64,000 nucleotides of DNA from Lytechinus pictus (lineage: Eukaryota): positions 17,796,001 to 17,860,000 of the forward strand of contig NC_087252.1 in the NCBI RefSeq assembly GCF_037042905.1, written 5' to 3'. A program made the translations under genes and the position numbers. Below the pieces are notes generated by a model that saw only the letters and a list, made by a program, of their open reading frames with translations, was not told the origin of the DNA and made no database searches. How positions within the stretch are numbered: the stretch's first letter is position 1; each line of letters opens with the position of its first letter. Of the stretch, positions 1-13,310 are shown in pieces.

Positions 1-716
1 TCACTGTGGTTAGAATTCAATCTATTTTTGAAATATAGTCTATTTATATATTATTGCAGTGGTAGCCCATTTCACATTTTTTTTAAATGAAGATAACAAT
101 AAATGCAACTTAATAACCATACATAATTTATGAAGACTTGCAGTGGCGTACCCTGGGTCACGGCATTGGGGGGGGGGGGGGGGCACCAGCAAAAATTTTG
201 AGACCGTTTCATATCTCTTCTTGGCACTTATGTTGTGATACCAGTACTTAAACAGCTTAGGAAGTGGGAAACCTGCATGGTAAAAAAGAGAAAAGAACAT
301 AATAAGCTGTAAATTATTTTTACTCATCTAGTCCAGTTTAGTAAAAAAAAGATGTAAACTCTATTTTATATCTTCAGTGATAAAACAAGTTTAGCACATG
401 CAGTCACTTTCGTCCCACTTCCAGATAAATTCATATATCAATATAACTATCTACAGTATGTTTTGAAAATAAAGAGTGCAAATTAATTCAAATATTTATC
501 AGAATTTTGTGATAACTGTTAATATCTTGGGCTTTTTATGCAAATGCATGTATAGACAGGAGATATGGATAATTAGTATGCAGTGTTAGAAATGGAAATA
601 CTGGTGAATCTGAATTCAAACAAATATCAACTCACAATGGAACTTTAACATTACATGATATCGCATCATGTTTCAGCACGATTGGCCAAAGCCCACCCCC
701 TCCCAAAAAAGGGGAA

Positions 717-749
<33 letters not shown>

Positions 750-2452
750 GGGGGGGGGTGATGAGCTTAGATACAGCCTGTATATTATCAAAACAATAAG
801 CAAAAACTAAGCATACCTTGCAATTTTTCCATTCAGATATCCTGTTCCTCATTAGATTGTAACTAACACTTGCTGATTGGCATGGTTCTCAATTTTGTAC
901 TTCTGACTAGGTGTGAACTGCTAAGAACTTGGTCCCATTGGATCTGCAATTGACAATTTAAATTTGAGAGTTTTAGAGATAATACAATTATTCTTCTTAA
1001 ACAATATTTTTGAAATTTCCAGCTGCCCATATCCCGGGTCTATGAGTGAATATTCCAAACTAGAACAAAAAAGTTATCTGGACCCGAAACTTCATTCTCT
1101 ATCACATAGAGGCATAGGCCTACCTCACTCTGTTTATAAAAGTAAAATGATTCCAACCACATATTTCTACAGCTGTATATAGCTGAATCTGGTCTATGCT
1201 GGGCCTGTATAACTTAAGAATCACATCACATTTGAATGAAGTAAACACTAAGAACGTTTTCAAATTACCACCCCAGGCCGGGCCCAGGGTATCCTGTTCA
1301 AATAGACTGGATTTAGGTCTAGGGTAGGCTACGCCATTTCATTCAAATCTAAGACTAAGACAAGTAACACTTAACATAACAGACATTAATGCTAAGTCAA
1401 TCGTTTTTCAACACTGATTATTCTGAGCGTTCCTGAATAAAAGAAACTGCTGAGAATTATACTTATTCATATGAAGATGAAATAGAGGGGACGGACTAGG
1501 CCTAAACTTCAACTTTCAAGCTTGAAGTTTGGGCCTAGTCCGTCCCCGCTATTTTCATACCCCATGACTACATCGACAATCTCGCTAGCCGGCTAGCACC
1601 GGCGATATCAAAGGCCGGATAACGCTCTGACCATATCCCTACATTGACCTAAATTTGAATAGGCCTAAAATCGACAGTTTGTCGTTACTAAAAAACAGGA
1701 GGTCGGAAACAAGTCCACATCTACCCCTGATAATTGTCTAATCACAATAAAACTGAAATAAAGGTTTACTTTGGACCTACATGAAGCATTCCGATGGATG
1801 TCTAGATCTACGACAAACTATAGACCCCTAGACCTTGTCCTAGATATAGAAATATTGAAATTGAGGTTTACATATTGCGTAATACAGGATGAGCCCCGAA
1901 CCCCGGCAAACACATTACAATTTGCATGTGAGATCAAAACATGAAAATGAGTGTAACTTACTTTTATTCCTATGGAATGTCATTAGAATAGTATTGATGT
2001 TCCCTCCAAGATTTTCCGCTCCAATGAAGTTCACCCAGAAACCATGATTTCGAACATCAATTCTATAAACAGATAATTAGTCTAGCTATTTCGTTTCAGA
2101 AACTTGAAATTCGCAGAGTCCAAAAGAACGACACTTCGCACAGATATCGTAGGGAATTGTGGGACGGAAAAAATGTTTAATGCATGAGTACATGAATAAA
2201 ACATTAGCGTTTAATCCAATCATACAAGCGCATTATGCGTATTTTGACGTCATTCTCATGAATAAAACATTGACCCTCCAAAATCATCCTTCAAATTGTC
2301 CGCCGGCAGCCATGTTGGCTATGTACAAAACCTATGGGAAATAAAAACGCGCGGAAAGAGTTCCCTCTCTAGCTCCCTTCGGGAGCTTACGTATACGTAA
2401 GATCGTATCTCTGTGTCCAAAATATTGAATATTACGCTACAAACTTTTTCTC

Positions 2453-2914
2453 TACTGTGTTTACATGTGATCGGTTTTTGGTTCAGAACCAATAGCCGAT
2501 GCAGAATCGGCTTTTGGTTTATCTTGCACCGCGTTTACACGCTGTTACAGCTCGCGGTGCAGAATCGGCTCGCGTGTCAAAAACTTGAAATGATACGCAC
2601 ACCAACACTATACTTCATAAAAAAGACAACGCTGGATCCGTGCGCTTACAATTACGTCACAATGGTAAAGTAAATGAAATGCACACCAATTGCCGATGCA
2701 GAATCGGCTTTCTGTTTACACGTAGTAAAAAAGCCGATTCTGCATCGGCTCGCGGTTCTGAAACTACTACTTTGGTGGTGCAAAATTGCCGATTCTGAAC
2801 AGAGAGCCGATGCAAGTTAATCGCGTTTACACGCTATGAAAAAGCCGATGCTGCATCGGCTCGCGATTCAGATCCGCGAGCCGATGCAAAAGCCGATCAC
2901 ATGTAAACATGGTA
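2453..2914. mobile_element. Non-autonomous TIR element (MITE) with internal AGCCGAT/ATCGGCT repeats; same family as 17792-18244
   Basis: TIR TACYRTGTTTACATGTGATCGG at both ends. Absent from the paralogous upstream region of TRIM copy 2 (~58145-58165). Confidence 0.8.
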
Positions 2915-3321
2915 TTCGTCACGCAAAATTCAATTTTTGGCGCGGTTAGGCGCCACTACGCGCCAATTGGGAAGTAGTTTGAGTCAATGCTCGCCACTGG
3001 CACCTTGGCCACACTAGGCGCCACAACAGCTTTGTATTGGCGCGAACTGGAGCCGGCTAAGTGGTCTCCTAGCATAAGCGAAATAGCACAACCATAACTT
3101 AGCGTTTCTCCATGAATATATATATTTTTTGGGGGGGTGGTGAGGGCGGATTTTTCAAAGGCTGATGATGCTAACGTGAATTGTTTCATTGATGGGGTAC
3201 TCTGCATCATGGATAAATATTTTTTCTTTTTTTTAGTTATTATTTCAGATTTCGTGTTATCTTGACACCTCTCTATATAATCACTTCAATATGTAGATAT
3301 TTGTTCTATTATTTCTTATTT

Positions 3322-3344
3322 ATTTGTCTCTTTTTTTACCACAG
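3322..3344 (+). promoter_or_regulatory. Probable splice acceptor for the TRIM coding exon (paralogous site ends at 58851)
   Basis: Polypyrimidine tract + ACCACAG|G conserved ~250-270 nt upstream of the ATG in both TRIM copies. No transcript evidence is available. Confidence 0.4.
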
Positions 3345-3593
3345 GGGACATCATAATACAGATAGCTATGGTCTAGTCGGAAGGTCGACTACGAAAGCAT
3401 ATCCGGGTCTTTTGCTGTTACTCAGAGCTGTCTTCACATGTAGCCTATTACTAAAGTTTAAAGACAAATTGAGTAACACATTTTCTTTCGAAATAAGTTT
3501 ATCATTCTGTTGATCATATACTAATATATATGCAAGTCTTACATATTCGCTAGATAATTTAAATTTTCTGCTGAGGAAAAAGAAACAATAATT

Positions 3594-5462
3594 ATGGCGA
3601 CACTTGAGCATACCGTTTCGCGCGGTTTACAGTGTCCAGTTTGTTTGAGTTTGCTAAATGATCCCAAACAACTATCATGTACACATACGTTTTGTCAAAA
3701 ATGTATCCGAGATATTCTAGCGTGCTCTTTACAGAATAGTACTGTAACTTGTCCATTATGTAGAATCAAAACAAATGTCGCGGATGGAAATGTTGCCAAT
3801 CTTAAAACTAATGTACATGTTAAGTCACTTGTTGATGACGTCAGGAAAAGCAAACAACTATGTGACATGTGTGACGAGCAATCAAGAGCCGCACACTTCT
3901 GTTGCGATTGTGGTAAGAACATGTGTAACGCATGTCTGCAAGCTCATAACACATGGAAACCACATCTTAAACATGAAGTAGTGAGCGTTGAAGACATCAG
4001 AGAGGGTAGGGTAGTCTTAAAGAAAAAGGTTTACTGTCAAGAAGAAGTACACCAATCAGAAGAGTACGAATGCTCTGATGTATGCACGACATGTAAGAAG
4101 CTTATTTGTATGAGATGTCGCATGCTCTACCACGAGAAAACAGGCCACGATGTGCAAGACTTAAGAGAGTACAATTCGTCTTTCACAGAGAGTTCTGAAT
4201 TACTTCAGGGTCAAGGAAAGACAAAAGCTACAACAGTCAAGAATCATATGAAGTGTATTGATAATCAAATTAAACGTGTCGATGATCACATTGATGCGGA
4301 AAATGCGAAGCTTGACAAGATTTGTGAAGAAGCTATCAAGAAAATAAAAGAGAGGAATGCTACCTTGAAAAAGCAACTAGAAGATCAGAGAGAAAAATTA
4401 TGCAAGAGTTTAAATGATATGAACATTGATGATAAGAGGTTGGTTAAGAGTATTGAGAGTGCGAGTGAATTGCTGAGTAATACTTTGAAAGCCCCACTAG
4501 AAGGAGATGTTGTAGCAATACGTGATTCATTGTCTGGTGAATTGAAGAATGTATTAGATAGAGATGATCCAAAGGTAAAGGTTGCTATTGATGTAGGTGA
4601 TCATGCAGAGGAACTGACGTTTACACCAAGTTGCGATCCTGATACATTATCAATGGGGGAACTGAGGTTTGTGAAATGTAAGCCGAAATGCAATGCAGCA
4701 CTCTCAAAGAATGACGCTATGAATGGCATAGCTGCTACCAATAATGGTATGGTGGCAGTTGGTTATAGTACAGGAGGGATCGATATATTATCTGCTGATG
4801 GTCAGCTGCAGAAGACAGTCATAAAAAATGTAAAGATACGTGAAGTAGGATTCCTCTCTGATGGCCGTTATTGTGTACGTGATGCACATAATAAGATATC
4901 ACTGTACACATCAGATGAAGAGAAGCAGGATGTGACATTTGATACTATAGGAGATAGTCAAGGTGGGTTTGGTGGTCTCACTGTAGACAGCAATGATCTG
5001 ATCTATGTTAGCTACAGGAAAGCTAAGAAGATCCAGGTATTCTCACCATCAGGTGGGAAGGCTATCAGGGAGATACCATGCGATTGGTATGGACCTGCAC
5101 AAATCACAAGTTATGGTGATTCGTTGATCGTCAAGCAGTTTATGAATGAAATAATACGTATTGATGGAAAGGGTGGTGTAATGCATAAATTAACGAAACC
5201 AGGGGATAATAGCCTCTTTGCTGATGTGAGTAAAGACAATACAATCCTGATTGCCCATGTAAGACACGAGGAAGGTCTGCTCAATATTGATGAGTATACC
5301 GGTGAGCTGAAACACATCAAGACTCTTATATCTGATTACAATATTGAGAAACCGGAAAGGCAATGGTATTACCTTAGACAGTTTCAATCAGGAGAGATAG
5401 CTTTCTGTACACCGGATAGGCTCTATGTAATCAACCTAGTTACTAGTGAAGTTACCTCGTAA
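3594..5462 (+). CDS. TRIM/RBCC E3 ubiquitin ligase (RING-HC, B-box1, B-box2, coiled coil, C-terminal NHL-like beta-propeller; TRIM56/TRIM2/3/71-like architecture), copy 1
   Basis: 622-aa uninterrupted ORF. RING CPVC..CTHTFCQKC..CPLC; B-box CDMC..CCDC..CNAC..H..H; second box CQEEVH..CTTC..CMRC..H..H; heptad-rich middle; propeller-like motifs GLTVDSNDLIYVS and KIQVFSPSG. ATG context attATGG. Intact paralog at 59125. Confidence 0.92.
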   Translation: MATLEHTVSRGLQCPVCLSLLNDPKQLSCTHTFCQKCIRDILACSLQNSTVTCPLCRIKTNVADGNVANLKTNVHVKSLVDDVRKSKQLCDMCDEQSRAAHFCCDCGKNMCNACLQAHNTWKPHLKHEVVSVEDIREGRVVLKKKVYCQEEVHQSEEYECSDVCTTCKKLICMRCRMLYHEKTGHDVQDLREYNSSFTESSELLQGQGKTKATTVKNHMKCIDNQIKRVDDHIDAENAKLDKICEEAIKKIKERNATLKKQLEDQREKLCKSLNDMNIDDKRLVKSIESASELLSNTLKAPLEGDVVAIRDSLSGELKNVLDRDDPKVKVAIDVGDHAEELTFTPSCDPDTLSMGELRFVKCKPKCNAALSKNDAMNGIAATNNGMVAVGYSTGGIDILSADGQLQKTVIKNVKIREVGFLSDGRYCVRDAHNKISLYTSDEEKQDVTFDTIGDSQGGFGGLTVDSNDLIYVSYRKAKKIQVFSPSGGKAIREIPCDWYGPAQITSYGDSLIVKQFMNEIIRIDGKGGVMHKLTKPGDNSLFADVSKDNTILIAHVRHEEGLLNIDEYTGELKHIKTLISDYNIEKPERQWYYLRQFQSGEIAFCTPDRLYVINLVTSEVTS

Positions 5463-6072
5463 GAATATTATGTTTCGACCTTCAAGCGCCAATTATTTTC
5501 CTACTTTACAAAATCATCAATTCACCAGTATCAATGTTAATCTTGGTAGTTATGTTCCATTGATGTCAAGAATCAAGAATCTTAATTCATTCCATTCGAT
5601 AAAATAATCACGTGTACAAAAGAATAGTAAAACGCAAAAGTACATGATATACAACCAATAAACAATTCATAATTATTACACATAGAGGAGCGTAATCGAA
5701 TGAAATATGGCACTCTCCAAAAGTTAGAAAAGAATTGAACGTCATTTGAGGAAGCTCTGCCCAAAGTTGTATCCCAACTGTATCATTTTTAACAGTTTCA
5801 GGCATGTCTGGTTAGTGGTTACGTAGATTTCACTACTCCTACATGAATATTTACCATTCTTAACAAAATAGAGTTTGAGCGTTTAATACTGAAATTTCCA
5901 TTTTTAGTAGAAAATATTTGAACAAAGTAATTTCTTTCTTTGAAATTATAATTAATTTTACACATTACACATATTTCTTATTTAGAAAGAAATATGTTCC
6001 AACATAAATACATGTGTATGACATCAAATCAATATTGAAAAGTGAAATACAACTGAATACGTTGATTATTCA

Positions 6073-6292
6073 TAGGGGCGGATCCAGGATTTTCCAAAGG
6101 AGGGGGGGCAAATTTTTCGGAGGAAAATTTCAACCAGCAAATTAAAAAAGAAAAATAAAGGTCTTCAATTTCAAAAGAGGGGGCACACCTCTGTTTTAAT
6201 GGAATTTTTACATAACAAATTTTAATTTTGATTCTCAAGGTGGTGGTGGGAGGGACGGGCCGGGTGTACCCCCCCCCCTGGATCCGCCAGTG
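6073..6292. mobile_element. hAT-like MITE
   Basis: Termini TAGGGGCGGATCCAGG / CCTGGATCCGCCAGTG; 8-bp TSD ATTATTCA/ATTATTCC. Confidence 0.75.
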
Positions 6293-8852
6293 ATTATTCC
6301 GAAAGATTAAAACATATAATCATTTCATGAATAATGTTTACTTGCTTGATGAAGTAATAAATGCTCTATGAGATACTAGTAGACGACTGACGTTGAAAAC
6401 GTGACCAGTAATGAGTCTGGTATCCTTACGTACAAATAAAAGACTTTTAAAATGTATGATTTAGGTTGAGATGGGGATTAATGTTTACAAGTCCAAAATG
6501 ATGCAAGTACGTATCTTGGGGGGATAGGCCATGACATCCTCAGAGCATAGAAAAAAGGAAAAAATAAAACCTACAATCTAAGAAAATCAAAAGCAATGAT
6601 TAGTTGCAATATCAAAGAGTTTGACCTCAACAAAAAAAACAGTCCACAGACATCAGATCAATCCGGCTAAAATCCGGATGTTGGAAAATCCTGGCGAAAG
6701 TTTGCAAATAACTTGACTTTTCATAGACACAAAATTGAGAGAAGCGATTTTGTAAACATGATACACGTGACGTGATAACGGTGGATTCCAAACTGTAGAG
6801 TAACACTTATTTTTGTATATTCTTCATCCCTACGATGTTTGGTTTGTTTAATAATGCTGGTGAGCTTATTATAAATTGGAATATAAGAAATTCATGCAAA
6901 TGATGAAAATTTACAATAACCGTAGATGATTTACAAAGGTGGTGTATATTACTTCTAGATGGCTTTTGCTTGTGTTGTATACCCTTTGGGTACTATGGTA
7001 AATGATTTCAATGCATTTATAAGTTTATTCATAATCATTTTCATGCCATATTCCTGTTATATGGCATGTTCTCGATATTATTAATAACATAAATAAAATC
7101 GATGAGCAATGACAATAAACATACAAGTCTAATTCGATGTCTATACAAACGGAAATAATAAGAACCTCAATTTCATTCATGACATCTCAAATCGGAATAA
7201 CCTTCGCTTAAAATGTAAAACAGAAATGTCCAATCATTTTGTTTAGAGCTTAAGAATGAAGGGAGCAATAGTGATAACATAAACCTGTAATAACATGTAC
7301 ATATTTCGTTTAATTATTCATAACGTTTATTGCACTTTTCGATTGCATTAAGCCGTGTAATTAATTTGATCACTTATATTTGGTTAATTTGAACTTCAAA
7401 TATACCTACAAATCTTTGCCAATTCTTTGAGGGATTCACATTCAGCAGGCCCTGCTTTTTATTGGATACTTCGATTTCCTCAACTTTTATTTTATTGAAA
7501 ACAATGTATAAAACTAGCCTTCTCAACACATATTCACTGTATATATCGTTATTGATTCTGATTATCACAATAGTGTTTTACCATAAACACTTATCTTGTA
7601 TAGTCATATTGCTTACATTGTATGTTGATTTGTATAGATTTGTACGGTTATTACTTTGCACCTTTGATACCATTTAATATGATGGATATAGTTGAGTTGA
7701 GAAGATTGAATAAACCAAACTTAAAACTTGAACTTGTTTTAAGATCGCCCAATCGAATAAGAAAAAAGTTCAGCTTGTTTCATACTGTTTTTCTGAAACT
7801 GTATTGTTCATTCTTCATCTCGTGTAAAACACGAAGTGTAAATTGTTGACCGAAGGTACTGTAATCATACATAGCACTTACCCTTGCTAATTCCGCAGTT
7901 ATTTCGCCAAACAAATGTAGAATAAATCGACAAGTTTACTTGCATTGTATCTCGTTTGATCTTCTTAAATCATTCAATCATAAAACTGATTTTTCGAATT
8001 TATGACCATCGGTTAAAAGTTTCAAATGAACTTGTAGATAGAAAATATTAGAATACAGATGAATTCGAATGGTGCCATTGAATCCATGTGTTCAAGAAGA
8101 TGCTTAAGTCTCATTTGCTTTGATATATTACATGGGGTGTTCATTTCGTGTAGTTTTGTTTGAAGTTATTGCCTATTCCTGTATTTGTTTTGGTCATTCT
8201 GTATAGTGCTTTATAAGAAGTAATTATCATGATAATAATAATAATTATTATTATTATTGAAATAGAGACCGACGAAAAGCGAGACTTGTAGAAACGCTGC
8301 CGAATAAATAAAATAAAAGAGCAAACGTAGAGCAGACATGGAAATGGTGTAAAAATGAATTTTTAAGAGATGGTGATAATAAATTATTGTATATAAATAA
8401 AGCATACGTCGGGAGGATAATGGGGCTTCAAAAAGCAAGGGATAAGAGAAACAAAAATGAATAGGAAGAAAGAATGACAAAATTAAAGGTATTAGTGGGA
8501 TGAAAGAAAGGGGAAAACAACTTAAAGGTTATAAGATTGTTATCAGTTTATCCTATAAACTACTGTAAAGGTGCATGGTTATATATTACATCTTAAATAT
8601 CCATAAAGATTATCAATTCTTTTTTGATATGTGTAAAATGTTATTACGTAATTTTGCTGTTTAATTGTAATGTTCTTAAGCTTATGCTCTCCATCATATT
8701 CAGCGAAATGAAAAAAAAAGAGCTATAGATAGAAAAGTATATTATGCATGGGTTTGATGTAACTCGAGACTGGAATCATGGTGGATTTCATTATTTACTT
8801 GAAATATATTGCTAAAGATGTTTTGTAGTTGTTAAACCAATACAATTCTTAT

Positions 8853-9009
8853 GGGCCCCGTTTCATAAAGGACTTGCAACTGTTGTAACTTTGCCATTAT
8901 GACAACTACCATGGAAACCTTGATTACGATTGGCTGCTGAGCCCTGTTACCATGGTAGTTGCATGATGGCAAAGTTACAGCAGTTGCAAGTCCTTTATGA
9001 AACGGGCCC
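8853..9009. mobile_element. Palindromic MITE (PIF/Harbinger-like)
   Basis: ~45-bp inverted arms GGGCCC(C)GTTTCATAAAGGACTTGCAACTG.. / ..CAGTTGCAAGTCCTTTATGAAACGGGCCC. Confidence 0.7.
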
Positions 9010-10273
9010 TTGGTGTTGATGATTTACATGAATAATAATTTGCATAGCGGTTTGTTTTAAAATTAACAACTCTTTATCTATACGATATGCCGTGCTGTTT
9101 CCCCTTGATAGAATTTCGGTTGTTCAATGCGGAGGGGAAAAAATAAATGCTACAAAGTAATGATTACATTGTTTTTAGATATTACCTTACATATATTATT
9201 AGTGTTATGATGAATTTTAATGACACTTTTCCATCTTTAGGTGTGCAGAAAATCATTGTTCTATAGCTACCTAGTGTTCTGAATGTTATCTATCAAAATA
9301 GGATGAGGCAGGTCATAAGAGATCCGTTGCAGGAAGAGTTGCATTTAAACGCAAGTCAAAAAGTCAATCACAAGTCCCAAATGCGCGCTGTTGATTGGTT
9401 GAAAATCAAGTTGCGCATGATTTTTAGAGTTGCGATTGATCGCAACTGTTTCTGCAACGGGCCCAATATGTATTAAATGTTCTTTTTGCCTCTGTAGCTG
9501 GAAGAAATGTATTGATTCTAATCCTTTTAGCAATTGATTGAATATCTGACAATGGTTTCTGTGTAAGTTTCTACGTATAATAATCATGATAATAGTGATT
9601 GTTTGATCATATTTTATTATTCTTTTAATGCTTGTGGATACTCTGTGTTTGGGAGCGGTTTGCTTGACCATTCGTTTTGCAGTATCACTTTTACTTTTAT
9701 ATTTTTCTTGTTATTCTGATTTGGATTTGGTTTGGGAGGTTTGGGGAAGAAACCTTGTGGGTTATGTTTTTTTTTAAGTTTACGTTTTCCATATCCAGGC
9801 AGCCTCTACAACTTTCTTCCAGCACATAGTATACACACAACAAAAAAAGGCCCCCCTTAAACAAACATCCATAATTTCCGAACCACTGGGAGTTTTTAAT
9901 ATTTTTTTAACATGAGCGAGTAGGTAATTTTATAGGCTACCGTCCTGGTGAATTTTACGGACGTATTATATGTTATGTTTCAGTGAGCACCGGCAGAATG
10001 CAAAAATTGGCACCGATCAATCTCATTTTCCCCCAAGAGTTACTTAATGAGTGTAAAAAAATCACCTATGAAATATTATATCTCGAAATTATTCCGTTCA
10101 AAAGTTACAGCATTTTGATGTAGGGGGGACTTACTTTTTTGTTGTGTTTATTTTCTTCATGAAATATTCTCATTGACTTGTTTCTATAATTATGTAACTC
10201 TGTATTCTCTGTGTATATCTAAATGCCGAATAAATAAGAAACAACAATGACGATGATGATGATGGTAGTAGTA

Positions 10274-10468
10274 CACTCTTAAAAATTTTAGGCAACATAC
10301 TGTTCACATAACGATTAGTTAAAACTTTATTCAATTCTGAGTATTTTTAAACCAATTAGGTGTGCTTTGGGTGAAAACTACACGGTATTGGTTGAAAACT
10401 ACCCAGTTGGATATTTTTGTTTAGCCAATTGTTGTGTGAACAGTATGTTGCCCAACATTTTAAGAGTG
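10274..10468. mobile_element. CACT-terminal MITE with TA TSD (EnSpm/CMC-like)
   Basis: ~34-bp TIR CACTCTTAAAA..GGCAACATACTGTTCACA, flanked by TA on both sides. Confidence 0.75.
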
Positions 10469-10839
10469 TAGTAATGACAATGATGATTATGATAATAATA
10501 ACGATAGCAATAACAATAAATGAAGATACAATTCGATGATCTATGCAAGTCGCTGACATAAAGAATTAAAAAAAAAATGAGGGGAGAGAATGGAGCCGCG
10601 AGGGAATTCCCAATTTATGTATATATCTTTGTTCTGACAAGTGATTTTTTATGCATACGAAGGTTTTGTAAACCACATTTCTTAGGTAATAAATCCATTA
10701 TTTCTACTAAAAAGCTTTAGATCTGGATTCATTGAAAATATTTTATATGGAAGAAAGGATGAGGTTGGAAGATTAATTTGTGTGTAGTGATATTGAGCGT
10801 GCATGATGTCAAAGATTTGTTTAGATATAGTGACCAATT

Positions 10840-11640
10840 ATAATGGTTGAGAAGTATGATGTTGTCGGATACGAGGGTGTGGGGTTGTGACAGTGGTCAT
10901 GTTCTTGATGTTCTTGTAAGTGTAGTGGTGACTCATTGTGGTAATACTGATGATTCCGATAAAGATAAAAGTGGAAGCAGCGCTCTTGATGATGATGATG
11001 ATGATGCTGCTGCTGATGATGACGATTCTGCTGCTGCTGATAATGATCATTGCGCTGATGGTGCAGGTGGTGATTGTGGCAGTGGTGGTGATTATATGTT
11101 CGTAAGGAAGAAGATAAAAGTGGTAGTGTTGATAATGATAATGGTTGTGGCGATGGTTATAATGGCGATGAAAGAGGTGGTGGATGGCGGTCGTTAATAA
11201 AGAAGATAATCATACTATGATGAATGTGATATTGCTTATTCTGACGATCAACATAGTGGTAGTAGTAAGGGCGGAGGCTGAATTGAGCATGGGGAGGTGC
11301 ACATCCTGGGAAGCTGAAAACAAAGGGGTATGGGTGGGGCACATCTTGGGGAGGTTTCACTAAATTGTGGAAAATCAGCTGTTGAAAGCAGAAGGGGTAC
11401 CGTTTTGCTTGCCAGTGTCTGAACTCATATGCCTCAGCGGGAGGGTGCAAGTGCACCCACTCCACCCCCGCCCATGCCATTGGTAGTGATTACGTTAGTT
11501 ATGATTCGTATGAAGGTGGTGATGTTTAAAATGGTGTTTTTGATGAATGTGCGACATCGATGTAATGGTGATGATGTCGATGTAGATATAAGAGGCAGCG
11601 TTGTTGCCGTTGCTGATGTCGTTGATGATGATAGAGACGA
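10840..11640. repeat. Degenerate (GAT/GGT)n low-complexity tract
   Basis: Runs of GAT/GGT triplets that produce spurious D/M/V-rich ORFs. Confidence 0.7.
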
Positions 11641-11655
11641 AATGTTAATGAACGG

Positions 11656-12092
11656 CGTATGCATTCGTAATTCCGAAGCTTCGTTATTCCGAAAGTTCGG
11701 ATATTCCGAAGGTTCGTTAATCCGAAAACGAAATGAGGTTCGTTGTTCCGAAGTTTCGTTTATCCGAAAACGAAATGAGGTTCTTGATTTCGTTTTCGGA
11801 CTAACGAACCTTCGGAATTACGAACCTCATTTCGTTTTCGGATTAACGAACCTTTGGAATTACGAATCTCATTTCGTTTTCGGACTAGCGAACCTTCGGA
11901 ATACGAACCTCATTTCCTTTTCGGATTAACGAACCTTCGGAATTACGCCACAAATGTTCGGATTAACGAACCCTTTTTTGTTTTCGGATTAACGAACATT
12001 GAGGTATAGGCAATTTACGTCTTTCGGAATTACGAACCTTCGGAATAAAGAACCTTCGGAATTACGAACTTTCGGAATTACGAAGTGTTACC
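11656..12092. mobile_element. MITE with internal TTCGGA/CGAACC inverted arrays and 9-bp TSD (Merlin- or Mutator-like)
   Basis: Direct repeat AATGAACGG at 11647-11655 and 12093-12101. Subterminal TTCGTAATTCCGAA / TTCGGAATTACGAA. Right terminus reads GGTAACACTT on the minus strand. Confidence 0.7.
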
Positions 12093-13234
12093 AATGAACG
12101 GAATGGCATTAGACTAAACGAAGGTACACAACGTGGTGAGAGGATGAGTTGGCAGTGGACGAATTGGCAATTTACCGTCGGTTTAGTTATACGCCATTGT
12201 CGGTCGTCCAGTCCAGTCCACGGATGCGATGTTTTTTTACTACACCAGCTTATTGATTTGACACTGATTTGAAATAAACATTACGTACAACCATGGAGGT
12301 TTCTTTCTACCTCCATGGTATAACTTTACTTCATCTCTTCGTTCGAACTTTTTTTCTCCGTCTTCCTTTGTAGGTGGGCAGCGCAAACGGCGGGTGGCCA
12401 ACAGTCGTCTTGCAAAGCTGTGCCGCTACAATAAGAAAATCAAACCGCGGCGACCCGACAAATAAGGTTCCGAATAAAGAACGATATCTGACATCGTATC
12501 CGCCGGTGGAACCAGATCTGCCACTACACCGCTAGTCTCGCTCCAGCCACTACTCTCGATTCGGTAAATATAAATATCAGCAGCCGTGGACCCCCCCCCC
12601 CCCAACACACACACACCTACACTCCTTTTTTCATTGAAAGAACGCGTAAGAAAATGTCAAAATGACCACCTGGTTGTGACTTCTTGAATGTTCAAATAAT
12701 AATTATATTTTATTTTACACTGTGGATTATATATAATTCAAAATATAATGGATTTCGATATGACGCACTACGACAATAGCCGGATTTTTGTCACTTTTAT
12801 TATTATTACTCAACATGTTTCAGTTAGTAACCTTATTAAGACCACTCAACAGCCATACACGCATCCTCCTACATCTTGAAATACATCTTTAATTACAATA
12901 CATTTTTCCTTAGAATCATTCAGGCAATTTTTAATAGGAATATCCGTGTTTTGCAACTTTCATAGTCAATTTGAAAATGGTGTTTTGATGAATCCTGTGA
13001 ATAGAAACTGCAATGAGTATTTTCTACAGAGACCACAGAAAATTTGCCGAAAAAGAGCAGATGTCATGGAACCCCTTGCACACCTGTGTTATTGTTTCCG
13101 CATAATTATATTATGGGTTTCTTAGCAGTGCATCAATAGTTATAGTCAGATTCTCTGTAATTCTTTTAGTCGTAATATTTGCTGACCTTACAGAGATTTC
13201 TCTGGCCCATGTCTATTTTTATCAAAGAGCACAA

Positions 13235-13310
13235 TGGCGGACCGGGGATTCGAACTCACCGGCGACCTAGGGATTATGAGTGAAATGTTGTGGACCACAC
13301 GACCCGTGTC
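13235..13310 (-). mobile_element. tRNA-derived SINE head (degenerate)
   Basis: Minus strand contains B-box GAGTTCGAATCCCCGG followed by TCCGCCA. No clean cloverleaf. Confidence 0.45.

Noticed and set aside
10847..11929. Asp-rich and FGLTNLRN-repeat ORFs
   Set aside because: Derived from GAT low complexity and MITE internal repeats.
13235..13310. Functional tRNA gene on the minus strand
   Set aside because: B-box present, but D and anticodon arms do not fold convincingly; better explained as a SINE head.
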